DNA of 64,000 nt from an uncultured Bacteroidales bacterium (GCA_947589325.1 CANQAM010000001.1:95834-159833); one strand, 5' to 3'. Shown: positions 29,004 through 39,810, counted from the stretch's first letter. The notes: generated by a model not told the origin, from the letters alone. Numbers and translations are program-made.

Positions 29004-30461
29004 ATGTTTCGTTTCCGTTACATATTGTTTTTGTTGTTTTTATCGATGTTTGCCTTTCCTGTGAAGGCGCAGTTTCACATGGACTATTCCGTCGAAGCCA
29101 ACGTCGTGGCGGGCGGTGGCGACTATACACCCTATTATCTGATGAACAAACGCGGCGGCATGGTGTCGTTCAATCCCAACAACGGCTACCTGCGTGCTGC
29201 CGTGCAAAAAGCGGCGGACTCTGCCCGCGTGTTTACCTACGGGTTCGGACTGGACGTGTCGGCGGCATACAACAACGATATTCCGGCTTATGTGCAACAG
29301 GCTTATGTCGAGCTGCGTCTTTACTGTCTTGCGCTCACGGCTGGCAGTCGCGAAGAAGGGTCGCTGCTGTGGAACGACGCTTTGTGCAGCGGCGGTTGGG
29401 TGTGGAGCGGCAACAGCCGTCCCGTGCCGCAGGTACGCATCGGCATTCCCGAATTTGTAAACTTCCCGTGGACACATGGCGTGATGCAGATTCGAGGCGA
29501 AATAGCCTACGGTCGTTTCGACGACGACAAGTACCAACGTCATACGCATGGTGACGGTATGCGGTATTCGCGCGGTATACTCTATCATCGAAAATACCTC
29601 CTGCTTCGTTTCGGGAAAACGACCCAAAAAGTCTATGGAACAATCGGCATAGATATGGCGGCGCAGTTCGGCGGCAAGGTTTATAACGCCGACGGCACGG
29701 TGGCATACGATTTCCCGTCGTCCGCTATCGATTACCTGAAAGTGTTTGTGCCTAAAAGCGGCGGGGAGAGTTCTCCGGAAATAGACCAAGTAAATATTAC
29801 AGGAAATCATTTAGGCTCCTATCTGCTGGAAGTGGGTTTGCGTCAAAAAACGTGGGAGGGGCGCATCTATTACGAACACCCGTTCGACGACCATTCCGGT
29901 ATGACATTCCGCAACAAGTTCGACGGGTTGTGGGGCGTGGAGTACCGGAGCAAAGCCGCCTGTCCGGTGGTGAAAGGCGTCGTAGTGGAATACCTCAATA
30001 CCAGAGACCAAAGCGGCCCTTTTCTTTGGGATAAGACCGATGAAATACCCGTGCAGGTAAGTGCGGGCGATAATTATTACGGACATGGTGCCTATAACGG
30101 TTGGACGCATTGGGGGCATACGATAGGCAATCCGTTGGTCGCTTCGCCCGGGTACAATGCCGATGGCTATTTAGGTTTTGTGTGTACACGTGTGGAGGCG
30201 CTCCATGTCGGGCTCGAAGGGTACATCGTGCCGCAGTTCGATTATCGTCTACTGGCATCGATACAGCGCGGGTGGGGAAATCCCGACGCGCCTTTTACCG
30301 ATATACGGAAAGAATTTTCGGGAATGCTCGAAATCGATTACCGCCCCCGACAGCTTGGCGGGTGGCGTTTCGGAGTGGGAATAGCCGTCGATGCCGGTAC
30401 GCAGTTTGGAAACAATTGGGGCATACAGTTCGGCGTAACCAAATCGGGAAGACTTTTCTGA
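29004..30461 (+). CDS. Capsule assembly Wzi-family outer-membrane beta-barrel
   Basis: Signal peptide, SGN.RP.PQVR, GNHLGS, DNYY, terminal Phe; EPS context. Confidence 0.82.
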   Translation: MFRFRYILFLLFLSMFAFPVKAQFHMDYSVEANVVAGGGDYTPYYLMNKRGGMVSFNPNNGYLRAAVQKAADSARVFTYGFGLDVSAAYNNDIPAYVQQAYVELRLYCLALTAGSREEGSLLWNDALCSGGWVWSGNSRPVPQVRIGIPEFVNFPWTHGVMQIRGEIAYGRFDDDKYQRHTHGDGMRYSRGILYHRKYLLLRFGKTTQKVYGTIGIDMAAQFGGKVYNADGTVAYDFPSSAIDYLKVFVPKSGGESSPEIDQVNITGNHLGSYLLEVGLRQKTWEGRIYYEHPFDDHSGMTFRNKFDGLWGVEYRSKAACPVVKGVVVEYLNTRDQSGPFLWDKTDEIPVQVSAGDNYYGHGAYNGWTHWGHTIGNPLVASPGYNADGYLGFVCTRVEALHVGLEGYIVPQFDYRLLASIQRGWGNPDAPFTDIRKEFSGMLEIDYRPRQLGGWRFGVGIAVDAGTQFGNNWGIQFGVTKSGRLF

Positions 30462-30476
30462 ACCTTTCAAATACAG

Positions 30477-30515
30477 ACGAGAGAGGCAAATTCCTTATGA
30501 ATTTGCCTCTCTCGT
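30477..30515. terminator. Bidirectional terminator
   Basis: 17-bp perfect IR acgagagaggcaaattc / gaatttgcctctctcgt between convergent genes. Confidence 0.85.
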
Positions 30516-30537
30516 GTTTTCGTAAAACAGTATCGGA

Positions 30538-30801
30538 TTATTTCTGTTTGTTCTGCATGTGTTTTGCGTAACGGCTCATGAACTTATCTACGCGGCCGGC
30601 GCTATCGACAAGTTTCTGTTTGCCCGTGAAGAACGGGTGCGACGAACTGGTGATTTCGAGTTTTACCAACGGATAAGTAACGCCGTCTATTTCGATGGTG
30701 TCTTTTGCCGCTATCGTGGAGCGGGAGATGAACGTGTCGTCGTTTGACATATCTTTGAATACGACCGGACGATAATTCTCAGGGTGAATTCCTTTTTTCA
30801 T
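30538..30801 (-). CDS. rpmE2: 50S ribosomal protein L31, type B (no Zn ligands)
   Basis: MKKGIHPENYRPVVFKD...SSSHPFFTGKQKLVDSAGRVDKF. Confidence 0.97.
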   Translation of the reverse strand: MKKGIHPENYRPVVFKDMSNDDTFISRSTIAAKDTIEIDGVTYPLVKLEITSSSHPFFTGKQKLVDSAGRVDKFMSRYAKHMQNKQK

Positions 30802-31000
30802 ATCTAAATTCTTTTATTTGCAATCATTGGCACGGTGGTAAAACGTGCATTTTTTATAATGGCTTGCAAATGTAAGCATAACTTTCGATATACAAAAATA
30901 TTTTTCCTCTTTTTGCAAAATCTTTCTGTTTCGATGTTTTTTGAAAAGTGCAGGTGAAAAATTTTTTATACCTTTGACTGTTCATATAAATGGATTATTT

Positions 31001-31747
31001 ATGTTTTGGTTTGGAAAGAAAAAAACGCCGGAACAGTTGTTCTATCATACTGATTTACACTCCCATTTGTTGCCGGGTATCGACGACGGTTCGCCCGATG
31101 CGGCAACCTCCGTCGAGTTGCTGCGTTATATGCAGTCATGGGGTGTGAAGCGGCTTTGCGTAACTCCGCATGTGGTGCTCGGCCGCTTTGAAAACACGCC
31201 GGAAAGCATCGACGCCGCTTACCGACAGCTACGACAGGAAATGGACAGACAGGGCGTGGAAATGGAAATACATTGTTCCGCCGAATACCGTATGGACGAT
31301 AATTTTCACCGGATTCTCGATGCGGGAGGTTCCGAATTGCTTCCCCTGCCCGGAAATTATTTGTTGGTCGAAAACTCTTTTTCCCAGCCGGCTCTCGACT
31401 TGGATAATTTGTTATTCAATTTGATGTTGAAAGGCTTTCAACCCATTCTTGCGCACCCCGAACGCTACCATTATTATCATTCTAAAAAGGAAACCTATCG
31501 ACATCTGCACAACGCCGGCTGCCTTTTTCAGGTCAATTTGCTTTCCCTTGCCGGTCATTACGGAAAAGCCCCGAAAGAAATAGCCCTTTGGCTTTGTAAA
31601 AACGATATGATCGATTTCTTGGGCAGCGACCTGCACCACCGCGACCATGCGGAAGCCATCACCGAATGGCTTTGCACGAAAGAGTACCGGCAGCTCGCGG
31701 ATAGATTGGCGAACATTCGGAACGATAAAATATTTGCGTCAAGATAA
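31001..31747 (+). CDS. CpsB/CapC-type PHP-family protein tyrosine phosphatase
   Basis: DLHSHLLPGIDDG, TPH, AHPERY, GSDLH. Confidence 0.93.
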   Translation: MFWFGKKKTPEQLFYHTDLHSHLLPGIDDGSPDAATSVELLRYMQSWGVKRLCVTPHVVLGRFENTPESIDAAYRQLRQEMDRQGVEMEIHCSAEYRMDDNFHRILDAGGSELLPLPGNYLLVENSFSQPALDLDNLLFNLMLKGFQPILAHPERYHYYHSKKETYRHLHNAGCLFQVNLLSLAGHYGKAPKEIALWLCKNDMIDFLGSDLHHRDHAEAITEWLCTKEYRQLADRLANIRNDKIFASR

Positions 31748-31805
31748 GAAAATATCCGAAAGCCGAGCTTCCGGATATTTCTTTTTTTCCATGGTTTCCG
31801 TTATT

Positions 31806-32174
31806 TCAGAAAGGTAAATCGTCGGAGGAATTGCTCTCCGGTTCGAGGTCGGCAGTGGGAGGGGGCACGCTGCCCGTTTGAGGAGGCACGGCGGCATTTC
31901 CGCCCGATACTTTCTCTATTTTCCATGCACGTACATCGGTGTACCAGCGTCCGTGCGATTCACGGCTTTCCAAGTCGAAACTTACGATTACTTCGTCGCC
32001 TACGGCAGCCGGATATTGCTCTATCCGATTCCCGTTTACCTGAAAACAGATTTTGCGTGCATACTGATCTTGCATTTCCAGCACATACTCTTGTTTTCTC
32101 CACTCTTTTCCGCTCACCTGACCGATACCGCTTTGCAGGGGGAGCACTTGAACGATACGACCTTTTACTTCCAT
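31806..32174 (-). CDS. DUF3127 domain protein (OB-fold, SSB-like)
   Basis: W.KQEYVLE, ESRE..GRWYTDVRAWK, SSB-like DDLPF tail. Confidence 0.9.
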   Translation of the reverse strand: MEVKGRIVQVLPLQSGIGQVSGKEWRKQEYVLEMQDQYARKICFQVNGNRIEQYPAAVGDEVIVSFDLESRESHGRWYTDVRAWKIEKVSGGNAAVPPQTGSVPPPTADLEPESNSSDDLPF

Positions 32175-32436
32175 AATTACTTTTATTAAGATAAATTACT
32201 CGGACAAAGATAAATATTATCGCTTTCACACAAAACATTTTAACAATAAAAAAGACGTTTTATTGATAAAGATGTGAAAATTGTCAAGTAAAAAGGAACA
32301 ATCGCAAGAATTTCGACAAAAGATTTACCCTATTGCCAAATGTCGGTAACTTGCAGTTAAAAAACCGACCCGTAAAAATTTGGCGGCACGCATATATTCT
32401 TTATCTTTGCGGGAAAGAAAAGAGATACCTATATTT

Positions 32437-32796
32437 ATGGAAGAAAACCGAAAATTGATACAAACCATTATCGAAGGCATACAGGAGAAGAAAGGCAAAA
32501 AAATCGTTACGGTCGATTTGACGAAAATCGAATCGTCGTCGGCGCAATATTTCATTATCTGTCAGGGCGGTTCGCCCATGCAGGTAGCAGCTGTTGCCGA
32601 CTCGGTGCGCGAAACCGTGCTCGATAAAATCGGCGTAAAGCCTTTCAATTACGATGGTTATCGAAATGCCCAGTGGATAGTTATCGATTACGGACATATT
32701 TATGTGCATATATTCCAGCCGGAGCAGCGCAATTACTACAAGCTCGAACAGTTGTGGAGCGATGCCAAATTGACAGAGCTCCCCGATGTGGAATGA
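32437..32796 (+). CDS. rsfS: Ribosome silencing factor
   Basis: EKKG, FIICQG.S..QV, WIVIDYG...VHIF, YYKLEQLW. Confidence 0.95.
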   Translation: MEENRKLIQTIIEGIQEKKGKKIVTVDLTKIESSSAQYFIICQGGSPMQVAAVADSVRETVLDKIGVKPFNYDGYRNAQWIVIDYGHIYVHIFQPEQRNYYKLEQLWSDAKLTELPDVE

Positions 32797-32843
32797 TTTT
32801 TGCACGATGTCGATAAAGTCAAACATGAATTTGTTTTCGTTTT

Positions 32844-34916
32844 ATGGGAAATAACAATCCGCAAAAAGGCAATAAAAAAATATTCCGTATCAATCTGTAT
32901 TGGATGTACGCCCTGATAGCTCTTTCGCTTATCGGGGTCTATTATATGAACGACGGCTCCTCATCGAAGAAAGTGAGCTGGACGGAGTTTGAACAAATGG
33001 TGCAGGAGGGCGGTACGGTGGAGCGTATCACCGTCTATACCAATAAGGACTATTTGGAAGTCGTGCTTTCCGATTCGACCGCCCGAAAAGTTTTCAAGAC
33101 CGACGATGCCAAAAGACTCGGACGCTCGCCCAAACTTTTTGTGAACATTCCCGATGCCGCTACTTTCAATGAGGAAGTAAACAGCTGGAAAGAAAAGTTC
33201 GGTTTTTCTACGCAGATTACTTATGAAAAGAGCAGCGATTTCAGCGATATGCTTTGGTCGTTCGGGCCTATTATACTCCTGTTCGTCTTTTGGTTCTTCC
33301 TGATGCGGCGTATGTCCGGCGGCGGAGGTGGAGGAGGCGGCGTCTTCAATGTGGGCAAGTCCAAAGCACAGCTTTTCGACAAGGAAGGCTCCATAAAAGT
33401 TTCTTTCAAAGATGTGGCGGGACTTTCCGAAGCCAAAGAGGAGGTGGAAGAAATCGTCGAATTTCTGAAAAATCCGAAACGTTATAACGAGTTGGGCGGC
33501 AAGATACCCAAAGGCGCCCTGCTCGTGGGGCCTCCGGGTACGGGTAAAACCCTGCTCGCCAAAGCCGTTGCCGGTGAGGCGAATGTGCCGTTCTTCTCGC
33601 TCTCCGGCTCCGATTTCGTCGAAATGTTCGTCGGCGTCGGCGCCTCGCGGGTGCGCGACCTCTTTCGGCAGGCGAAAGAAAAATCGCCCTGCATCATCTT
33701 CATCGACGAAATCGATGCCGTAGGTCGGGCGCGCGGCCGCAACCCGAACATGGGCGCGAACGATGAGCGCGAAAATACATTGAATCAGCTGCTTACCGAA
33801 ATGGACGGTTTCGGCACGAACAGCGGCATCATCGTCCTGGCGGCGACCAACCGTGTGGACATTCTCGACAAAGCCCTCTTGCGGGCAGGCCGTTTCGACC
33901 GGCAGATTTATGTGGAGCTGCCCGACCTCAACGACCGCAAGGAAATTTTCAAGGTGCACCTGCGCGGCGTAAAGATAGACGAGTCGGTGGATATCGATTT
34001 GCTGGCGCGTCAGACTCCCGGATTTTCGGGCGCCGACATTGCCAACGTCTGCAACGAAGCCGCCCTCATCGCTGCGCGCAAACGCAAGCAGTGGGTGCAG
34101 AAACAAGACTTCATGGACGCTGTCGATCGCATTATCGGCGGTCTCGAAAAACGCACGAAGATTACCACGAACGAGGAAAAACGCTCCATTGCCATACACG
34201 AAGCAGGACATGCCGCATTGAGCTGGTTCCTGCAATATGCCAATCCGTTGGTGAAAGTGACTATCGTCCCGCGTGGAAAAGCGCTCGGCGCCGCATGGTA
34301 TCTGCCGGAGGAGCGGCAGATTACGCCGAAGGAGGCGATGCTCGACGAAATGTGTGCCACGCTCGGCGGGCGCGCTGCCGAAGAGCTGTTCATCGGACAC
34401 ATATCCACCGGCGCGGCAAACGACCTCGAACGGGTTACCAAGCAGGCATACGCCATCGTGGCATACTTCGGCATGAGCAGCGAGCTGCCCAATATTTCCT
34501 ATTACGACTCGACGGGGCAGGACTACGGTTTCACCAAACCGTACAGCGAGGAGACCGCCCGCACCATCGACAAAGAGGTGAGCCGCATCATCAGCGAGCA
34601 GTATGAACGGGCTAAAAAATTGCTCTCCGAACACGCCGAAGGGCACGCGCAATTGACGCAGGTGCTTATCGAGCGCGAAGTCATCTTCACCGAAGATGTG
34701 GAGCGCATATTCGGTAAACGCCAGTGGGCATCGCGAAGCGAGGAAATACTCCGCGACAACAAGGCGTTGGAAGAACAGAAAACCGAAGAATCCGCCGCAC
34801 CGGTCGATGCCGCTTCCACCGGCGATGCCGCACCCGCAAAGGCTGATACGGAGAATCCCGCAGATGCCGAAACTCCGGCTGCCGACACTTCCGTCGAAAC
34901 CAAAGACAAAGAATAA
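32844..34916 (+). CDS. ftsH: ATP-dependent zinc metalloprotease FtsH
   Basis: Two TMs, [23 protein letters not shown]. Confidence 0.98.
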   Translation: MGNNNPQKGNKKIFRINLYWMYALIALSLIGVYYMNDGSSSKKVSWTEFEQMVQEGGTVERITVYTNKDYLEVVLSDSTARKVFKTDDAKRLGRSPKLFVNIPDAATFNEEVNSWKEKFGFSTQITYEKSSDFSDMLWSFGPIILLFVFWFFLMRRMSGGGGGGGGVFNVGKSKAQLFDKEGSIKVSFKDVAGLSEAKEEVEEIVEFLKNPKRYNELGGKIPKGALLVGPPGTGKTLLAKAVAGEANVPFFSLSGSDFVEMFVGVGASRVRDLFRQAKEKSPCIIFIDEIDAVGRARGRNPNMGANDERENTLNQLLTEMDGFGTNSGIIVLAATNRVDILDKALLRAGRFDRQIYVELPDLNDRKEIFKVHLRGVKIDESVDIDLLARQTPGFSGADIANVCNEAALIAARKRKQWVQKQDFMDAVDRIIGGLEKRTKITTNEEKRSIAIHEAGHAALSWFLQYANPLVKVTIVPRGKALGAAWYLPEERQITPKEAMLDEMCATLGGRAAEELFIGHISTGAANDLERVTKQAYAIVAYFGMSSELPNISYYDSTGQDYGFTKPYSEETARTIDKEVSRIISEQYERAKKLLSEHAEGHAQLTQVLIEREVIFTEDVERIFGKRQWASRSEEILRDNKALEEQKTEESAAPVDAASTGDAAPAKADTENPADAETPAADTSVETKDKE

Positions 34917-34966
34917 AATACATAGCCGCCGACGGACGACCGTCGGCGGCGTTATCGCATAGAACC

Positions 34967-35815
34967 ATGAAAAATCTCCTTACCCGTTCCATAACCGGAA
35001 TCTTGTTCGTCGCCGTCATCATCGCCGCCACGTGGTACAGTGCGGAATCTTTTCGCGGACTCGTACTCATCATCACCATACTCAGCCTCTCCGAGTTTTA
35101 CCGCCTTGTCTGCCCGAATGCCTTTCGGCGCACGCTCTATGCCGACATAATGGGCGGCACCTATTTAGTCGGCGTGCTGTTCATCATCTTCGCCTATCCG
35201 GTCGTGCTTCCGGTGTCGGCAGTGATGCTTATGTTCATTCCCTATATGCTGTATCTGTTCTATACGTTCATCATACGCCTTTACCTCAAAGAAGAAAATC
35301 CCATTGCCTCGTGGGCTACGTCGCTGCTCGGACAGCTCTACATCGCCCTGCCGTTGGGCTTGCTTGCCCTTGTCGCCTATCCTCCGGTGGGCGCGGGGAG
35401 CGCCTACAACGCCCGAATGGTGCTCGCGTTCCTCTCCTTTATCTGGATTAACGACACCGGCGCCTACGTCGTGGGCTGTACGCTCGGACGGCATCGTCTT
35501 TTCGAACGCATATCTCCGAAAAAGTCGTGGGAAGGATTTTTCGGCGGATTCATTTTCTGCCTGCTATTGGGGTGGGTATGGTCACGCTATTGCCCGTTGA
35601 TGCTCGACCTGTGGCAATGGTTGGGATTCGCCGTCGTGGTGTCGCTCTTTTCCACTTTCGGCGACCTGTGCGAATCGCTCCTGAAACGCACCCTGCAAGT
35701 CAAGGATTCCGGCTCGATACTGCCCGGACACGGCGGTATGCTCGACCGCTTCGACAGCGTATTTCTCGCCGCGCCCGCAGCCGCAGCCTACCTCACCCTC
35801 GTATTGTCGATGTAA
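34967..35815 (+). CDS. cdsA: Phosphatidate cytidylyltransferase
   Basis: NDTGAY, ISPKKSWEG, GDL.ES.LKR...KDSG..LPGHGG.LDRFDS. Confidence 0.96.
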   Translation: MKNLLTRSITGILFVAVIIAATWYSAESFRGLVLIITILSLSEFYRLVCPNAFRRTLYADIMGGTYLVGVLFIIFAYPVVLPVSAVMLMFIPYMLYLFYTFIIRLYLKEENPIASWATSLLGQLYIALPLGLLALVAYPPVGAGSAYNARMVLAFLSFIWINDTGAYVVGCTLGRHRLFERISPKKSWEGFFGGFIFCLLLGWVWSRYCPLMLDLWQWLGFAVVVSLFSTFGDLCESLLKRTLQVKDSGSILPGHGGMLDRFDSVFLAAPAAAAYLTLVLSM

Positions 35816-35883
35816 AAAATTTCGGTCGGAAAACTTTTCCGACCGAAACAAGCAAGGACAAATAGTGTGCCTGTCGGAGCAGA

Positions 35884-35982
35884 TTATTTCTTGCCCGGCT
35901 TCTCGCACGAAGATGATTTGCCACCCTTTTGCGCTTCATCGTTGCAGCATTTGCCCGATTTTTTTTCGTCCATTTTGTTCAT
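35884..35982 (-). CDS. Putative 32-aa Lys/Cys-rich small protein
   Basis: MNKMDEKKSGKCCNDEAQKGGKSSSCEKPGKK*; AT-rich initiation region; third ORF of a co-oriented small-gene cluster. Confidence 0.55.
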   Translation of the reverse strand: MNKMDEKKSGKCCNDEAQKGGKSSSCEKPGKK

Positions 35983-36034
35983 GACTTAAAAAATTAAAAA
36001 GTTAAACATAGCTATTCAGAAAATCCGACAGCTT

Positions 36035-36247
36035 TCATTTCTTCATTTCGTCGGCGAGGGAGTGGGCCTTGTCTTTCATCTCCTCCACCTTTTCGGCGGC
36101 TTTGTCGGCAACTTTCGTGCCGGCCTCGAGCAGGCGCTTTTTCCATTCGGCAGCCTCTTTCGATTTCGCCGACATTTTGCAACAGCACATCGCCATGCCG
36201 AGTACGATACCCAACCCTATGCCCAAACAGAAATTTTTACTTTTCAT
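36035..36247 (-). CDS. Small membrane-anchored protein (YtxH-like architecture)
   Basis: N-terminal Gly-rich TM (LGIGLGIVLG), CCC, then a charged amphipathic helix. Confidence 0.7.
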   Translation of the reverse strand: MKSKNFCLGIGLGIVLGMAMCCCKMSAKSKEAAEWKKRLLEAGTKVADKAAEKVEEMKDKAHSLADEMKK

Positions 36248-36272
36248 AATCGTATGTTTTTAGAATTGAACT

Positions 36273-36527
36273 CTATTGATTTACAGGTCTGCGTCTGAAC
36301 AGCGAAACAATCCACAACAGCAGCACCGCTCCGATGAGCGATGTCAGCAAATTACCCGCCAACCCTGCCGACGTAAAACCGAACAGTCCGAACAGCCAGC
36401 CGCCCAACACGCCGCCCGCAATTCCGAGCAGCAGATTCACGAACAGCCCGAAACCGCCGCCCCGCATTAGTTTGCCCGCCAAAAATCCGGCAAGAATGCC
36501 GATGATGATGTACCATACAAATTCCAT
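36273..36527 (-). CDS. GlsB/YeaQ/YmgE (transglycosylase-associated) membrane protein
   Basis: IIIGILAGFLA..LM.G.GFG...N..LGI.GG.LGG pattern. Confidence 0.92.
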   Translation of the reverse strand: MEFVWYIIIGILAGFLAGKLMRGGGFGLFVNLLLGIAGGVLGGWLFGLFGFTSAGLAGNLLTSLIGAVLLLWIVSLFRRRPVNQ

Positions 36528-36709
36528 AATCCTTTTTTTTAGACCGATGATTAATCTTTTGTTTACACCCATACAACGCCTTGCCGACCCGTTGGTTCGA
36601 ACCCTCTTTCCCGATTAACAACCTTTTCCCTTTCTTCCCGTTTTTTTCGATACGAAAAAAGGCCGCATACCGTGTATGCGACCTTTGATATAGATTGAAA
36701 GGACTCTCC

Positions 36710-36862
36710 TTATTTTGCGAGAAATTCGTTCACTTTTTCGTTGGGAACCATTTCCGATTGGAATACATAAGCTCCGGTCTTGGGCGATTTCACCATTTTG
36801 ATGACTTTGGAGTAGGTGCGGCCTTCACCTTTTTGGAGCGATGCGACGGTTTTCTTTGCCAT
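36710..36862 (-). CDS. DUF4295 family small protein (50 aa)
   Basis: Manual translation MAKKTVASLQKGEGRTYSKVIKMVKSPKTGAYVF...; usual third gene after rpmB-rpmG in Bacteroidetes; below the ORF-track cutoff. Confidence 0.92.
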   Translation of the reverse strand: MAKKTVASLQKGEGRTYSKVIKMVKSPKTGAYVFQSEMVPNEKVNEFLAK

Positions 36863-36871
36863 GGCTGCTTA

Positions 36872-37060
36872 TTATTTGATTTCTTTATGAATGGTTACTC
36901 TTCTCAGTATGGGGTTGTATTTTTTCAACTCCAAACGTTCGGTGGTATTTTTTCTGTTTTTGGTCGTGATGTAACGCGACATACCCGGCATACCACTCTC
37001 TTTCTGCTCGGTGCATTCGAGAATCACTTGGACTCTGTTGCCTTTTGCTTTCTTTGCCAT
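36872..37060 (-). CDS. rpmG: 50S ribosomal protein L33
   Basis: ILECTE...[22 protein letters not shown]...HKEIK. Confidence 0.97.
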   Translation of the reverse strand: MAKKAKGNRVQVILECTEQKESGMPGMSRYITTKNRKNTTERLELKKYNPILRRVTIHKEIK

Positions 37061-37071
37061 ATCCTCTTACA

Positions 37072-37311
37072 TTAAGCGTTTAGATAACCTTTGCTGGCTG
37101 CCTGTTTCAGAGCGGCGTCCAGACCCATTTTGTTGATGGTGCGCAGACCTGCTGCCGAAATGCGCAAGCTGATCCAGCAATCCTGTTCTACCCAATAGAA
37201 CTTTTTGGTAAATAAATTGACGTTGAATCTTCTCTTCGTACGTCTTTTCGAGTGGGATACGTTATTGCCAACCATGGCTTTCTTTCCCGTAATCTGACAA
37301 ATTTTAGACAT
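37072..37311 (-). CDS. rpmB: 50S ribosomal protein L28
   Basis: [11 protein letters not shown]...[14 protein letters not shown]. Confidence 0.97.
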   Translation of the reverse strand: MSKICQITGKKAMVGNNVSHSKRRTKRRFNVNLFTKKFYWVEQDCWISLRISAAGLRTINKMGLDAALKQAASKGYLNA

Positions 37312-37545
37312 CTCGCTATCTATTTTATTATTTTATTCAAGGGTGTTTGAAAAACAGAGTGCAAAGTAAGCGATTTTCAACATACCTTCCAAATTTTCTC
37401 CCGAAATAATTACAAAATATTTTTCGCACCCGTTGCAAAAGCGTTTTTTCTGGATATAGAAAAAGCCGCCCAGCCATGTGAATGGCAGGGCGGCGTGTCC
37501 AAATTATTTATTCAGGAAATTCTCTTTTTATTCTATCGTCATTTT

Positions 37546-39810
37546 TTATTCTACGACGATGCGCAGGGTTTTCGTCCCTTTGCTGCCGATAATCTGCAAC
37601 AGATAATAACCGGTCGAGGCGGCGGGAATTTTCACCGGCTGCCATTCGTCCGTACCGGAAAGCACACCTTGTGCTATCTGTGCGCCATGCAGGCTTATCA
37701 CCCGATACCATGTCGCTCCGTCGGCACCGACTACCTGCACGCCTATCTCGCCGTTGCGCACCGGATTGCCGGACAGGCGGACTGCAAATCCCTCTTCCGC
37801 TGCGGTCTCTTCTATTCCCGACAGATTGGGATCTTCTCCGGTGGTGAAGCTCTCGGTATTGCCGTAGGTCGTCTTTTTGGCGGTGGTGGCATAAGCGCGA
37901 TAGTAGTAGGTGGTATTGTAGTCAAGTCCCGTAAGGGTTACGCTCATCAGCGAGCCGGAGCCTTCGATGCGTTCGGGGTTGCTCGCCGTCGAGCGGGAAA
38001 CAGGGGTTTCTGCCCAATACTCGAAGCCCTGCGAGAGCAGCTCGTCGGAGCCTTCCACAATGTAGCCCGAAATCGTGCTGTTGTTGCCGTGCACTTCGCC
38101 CGAGCGGGTGCTTACCGTCGGCTCGAAGTAAGCATAGACGTCACGGGTGCCGAATGCCGACCATGCACCGTAGTAGTATTTCCCGCTTACGGTGCGGTAG
38201 AAAGGACGGTATTTATAATATTTTTCCGGAGTGAGATTCCGCAGCGTTCCCGAGATTTTACCATCGACAATGGGAGTTTCCGAGAAGGTCGAGGGTACGA
38301 GTTCGGGGTCGTCGTAGCGCCGCCACTCGAAGCCGGCGCCGATTACGGCATCGCACGCGATGTCCGCCGTAAGGGTGGCGGAGGTGTTGGATATGTTGAT
38401 CGCCGGCAGGGTGGTGAGTTTTACGGTATCGGTGGTGAAGGACGTTTCGCAGGTAAGCAGGTCGCCGTATTTTGTTTCCACAAAGAATTTAGCCTCATAC
38501 TCGGTTTGGGGTTCGAGGTCGGTAACGGTTACCGATGCCGATAACGGCGTGATGGTATAATTCGTATTTTCAGCATCGCAACGGACTGATGATACCGGAA
38601 ATTCCATTCCGAATTTATCCCTTAGAGTACAACTGTAGGTTGTTTCTCCCACTCGGTTTTCCACAAGTTCAAGATGCAAAAGACCATGTATAAAGCTTCC
38701 CCAAGGGCTATTCAGGTATGCAACCATAGCCCCTTTCGGATAATGAAAAACGGCATTTTTATATGTCCTGTCATCAAAAACCTTAATAGCAATAGTTGAT
38801 GGAATAGGATTTAATGAAGTAACCGTATTCAATTGGCTGCAAAAGTAAAAAGCATAGTCGCCGATAGCGATAACACTTTCGGGTATCGTTACCGACGTCA
38901 AGCCCGTGATATAAAAAGCATAGTCGCCGATAGTAGTAACGCTATTACCTATCGTTACCTCTTTCAAACCGGAGCAACCGGAAAAAGCAAATTTGCCAAT
39001 AGAAGTAACGCCATCGCCTATCGTTACCGATGTCAAGCCCGTGTAATCGACAAAAGCCCACTTGCCGATAGCGGTAACACCGTCGGGTATGGCATATCGG
39101 TTCAGACCGCTCGGCGCAAAAGCTTTCAAGGTATCGTTTACAATAAGACAATGCCCGTTGTCCGATGCAAATTTTCCCTTAAATTCTGTCAAACCTGTGC
39201 AACCGGAAAAAGTCCCGTCGCCGATAGCGGTAACGCTCTCGGGTATCGTTACCGACGTCAAGCCCGTGCAACCACTAAAAGCCATGTCCCCGATAGATGT
39301 ATTGAGTATCGTTACCGACGTCAAGCCCGTGCAATCCCTAAAAACCTCGTTCCCGATAGAGGTAACGCTTTCGGGTATCGTTATCTCTGTCAAACCTTTA
39401 CAATCGAGAAAAGCTTGGCTGCCGATAGAGGTAACGCTTTCGGGTATCGTTACCTCCGTCAAGCCCGTACAACCCCTAAAAGCCCCGTTCCCGATAGATG
39501 TAACGCTTTCGGGTATCGTTACCGTCTTCAATCTATCGCACAATAAAAAAGCCGTCTTGCCGATAGCGGTAACCCGATATTCGGTTTCGTTATGCGTTAT
39601 CGTTTCGGGAATGGTTACATCGCCCGAATAATAGTTTCCACCCGAAAGATATTTATTCGTAACCTCGACCGTCTTATCACTCGATGAAGTAATGTTGTAA
39701 TAGATGCCGCCGGTATAAAAGTCATAGTCATACGCCCACGCAGCGGGGGAGAAGGCGAGGAAGAAGATGACTCCCCAAAATTTTTGAAACATTTGTCTGT
39801 GTCGTTTCAT
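37546..39810 (-). CDS. BspA-like leucine-rich-repeat (LRR_5) surface protein with FN3-like stalk and T9SS CTD
   Basis: Signal peptide; repeated LTSVTIPESVTSIG..AF.GC; YYKYRPF and YYYRAYA FN3-like motifs; C-terminal GYYLLQI...LRIVVE. Confidence 0.92.
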   Translation of the reverse strand: MKRHRQMFQKFWGVIFFLAFSPAAWAYDYDFYTGGIYYNITSSSDKTVEVTNKYLSGGNYYSGDVTIPETITHNETEYRVTAIGKTAFLLCDRLKTVTIPESVTSIGNGAFRGCTGLTEVTIPESVTSIGSQAFLDCKGLTEITIPESVTSIGNEVFRDCTGLTSVTILNTSIGDMAFSGCTGLTSVTIPESVTAIGDGTFSGCTGLTEFKGKFASDNGHCLIVNDTLKAFAPSGLNRYAIPDGVTAIGKWAFVDYTGLTSVTIGDGVTSIGKFAFSGCSGLKEVTIGNSVTTIGDYAFYITGLTSVTIPESVIAIGDYAFYFCSQLNTVTSLNPIPSTIAIKVFDDRTYKNAVFHYPKGAMVAYLNSPWGSFIHGLLHLELVENRVGETTYSCTLRDKFGMEFPVSSVRCDAENTNYTITPLSASVTVTDLEPQTEYEAKFFVETKYGDLLTCETSFTTDTVKLTTLPAINISNTSATLTADIACDAVIGAGFEWRRYDDPELVPSTFSETPIVDGKISGTLRNLTPEKYYKYRPFYRTVSGKYYYGAWSAFGTRDVYAYFEPTVSTRSGEVHGNNSTISGYIVEGSDELLSQGFEYWAETPVSRSTASNPERIEGSGSLMSVTLTGLDYNTTYYYRAYATTAKKTTYGNTESFTTGEDPNLSGIEETAAEEGFAVRLSGNPVRNGEIGVQVVGADGATWYRVISLHGAQIAQGVLSGTDEWQPVKIPAASTGYYLLQIIGSKGTKTLRIVVE
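38855..39575. repeat. Intragenic ~69-bp LRR-coding repeats
   Basis: Recurrent tatcgttacc(g/t)...tcaagcccgt and ccgatag...gtaac blocks, e.g. near 38881, 39020, 39241, 39307, 39443. Confidence 0.9.

Noticed and set aside
38833-39631. Repetitive plus-strand ORFs, or a diversity-generating retroelement, in the LRR gene
   Set aside because: They are antisense readings of the LRR repeats; no reverse transcriptase or adenine-specific TR/VR pair seen.
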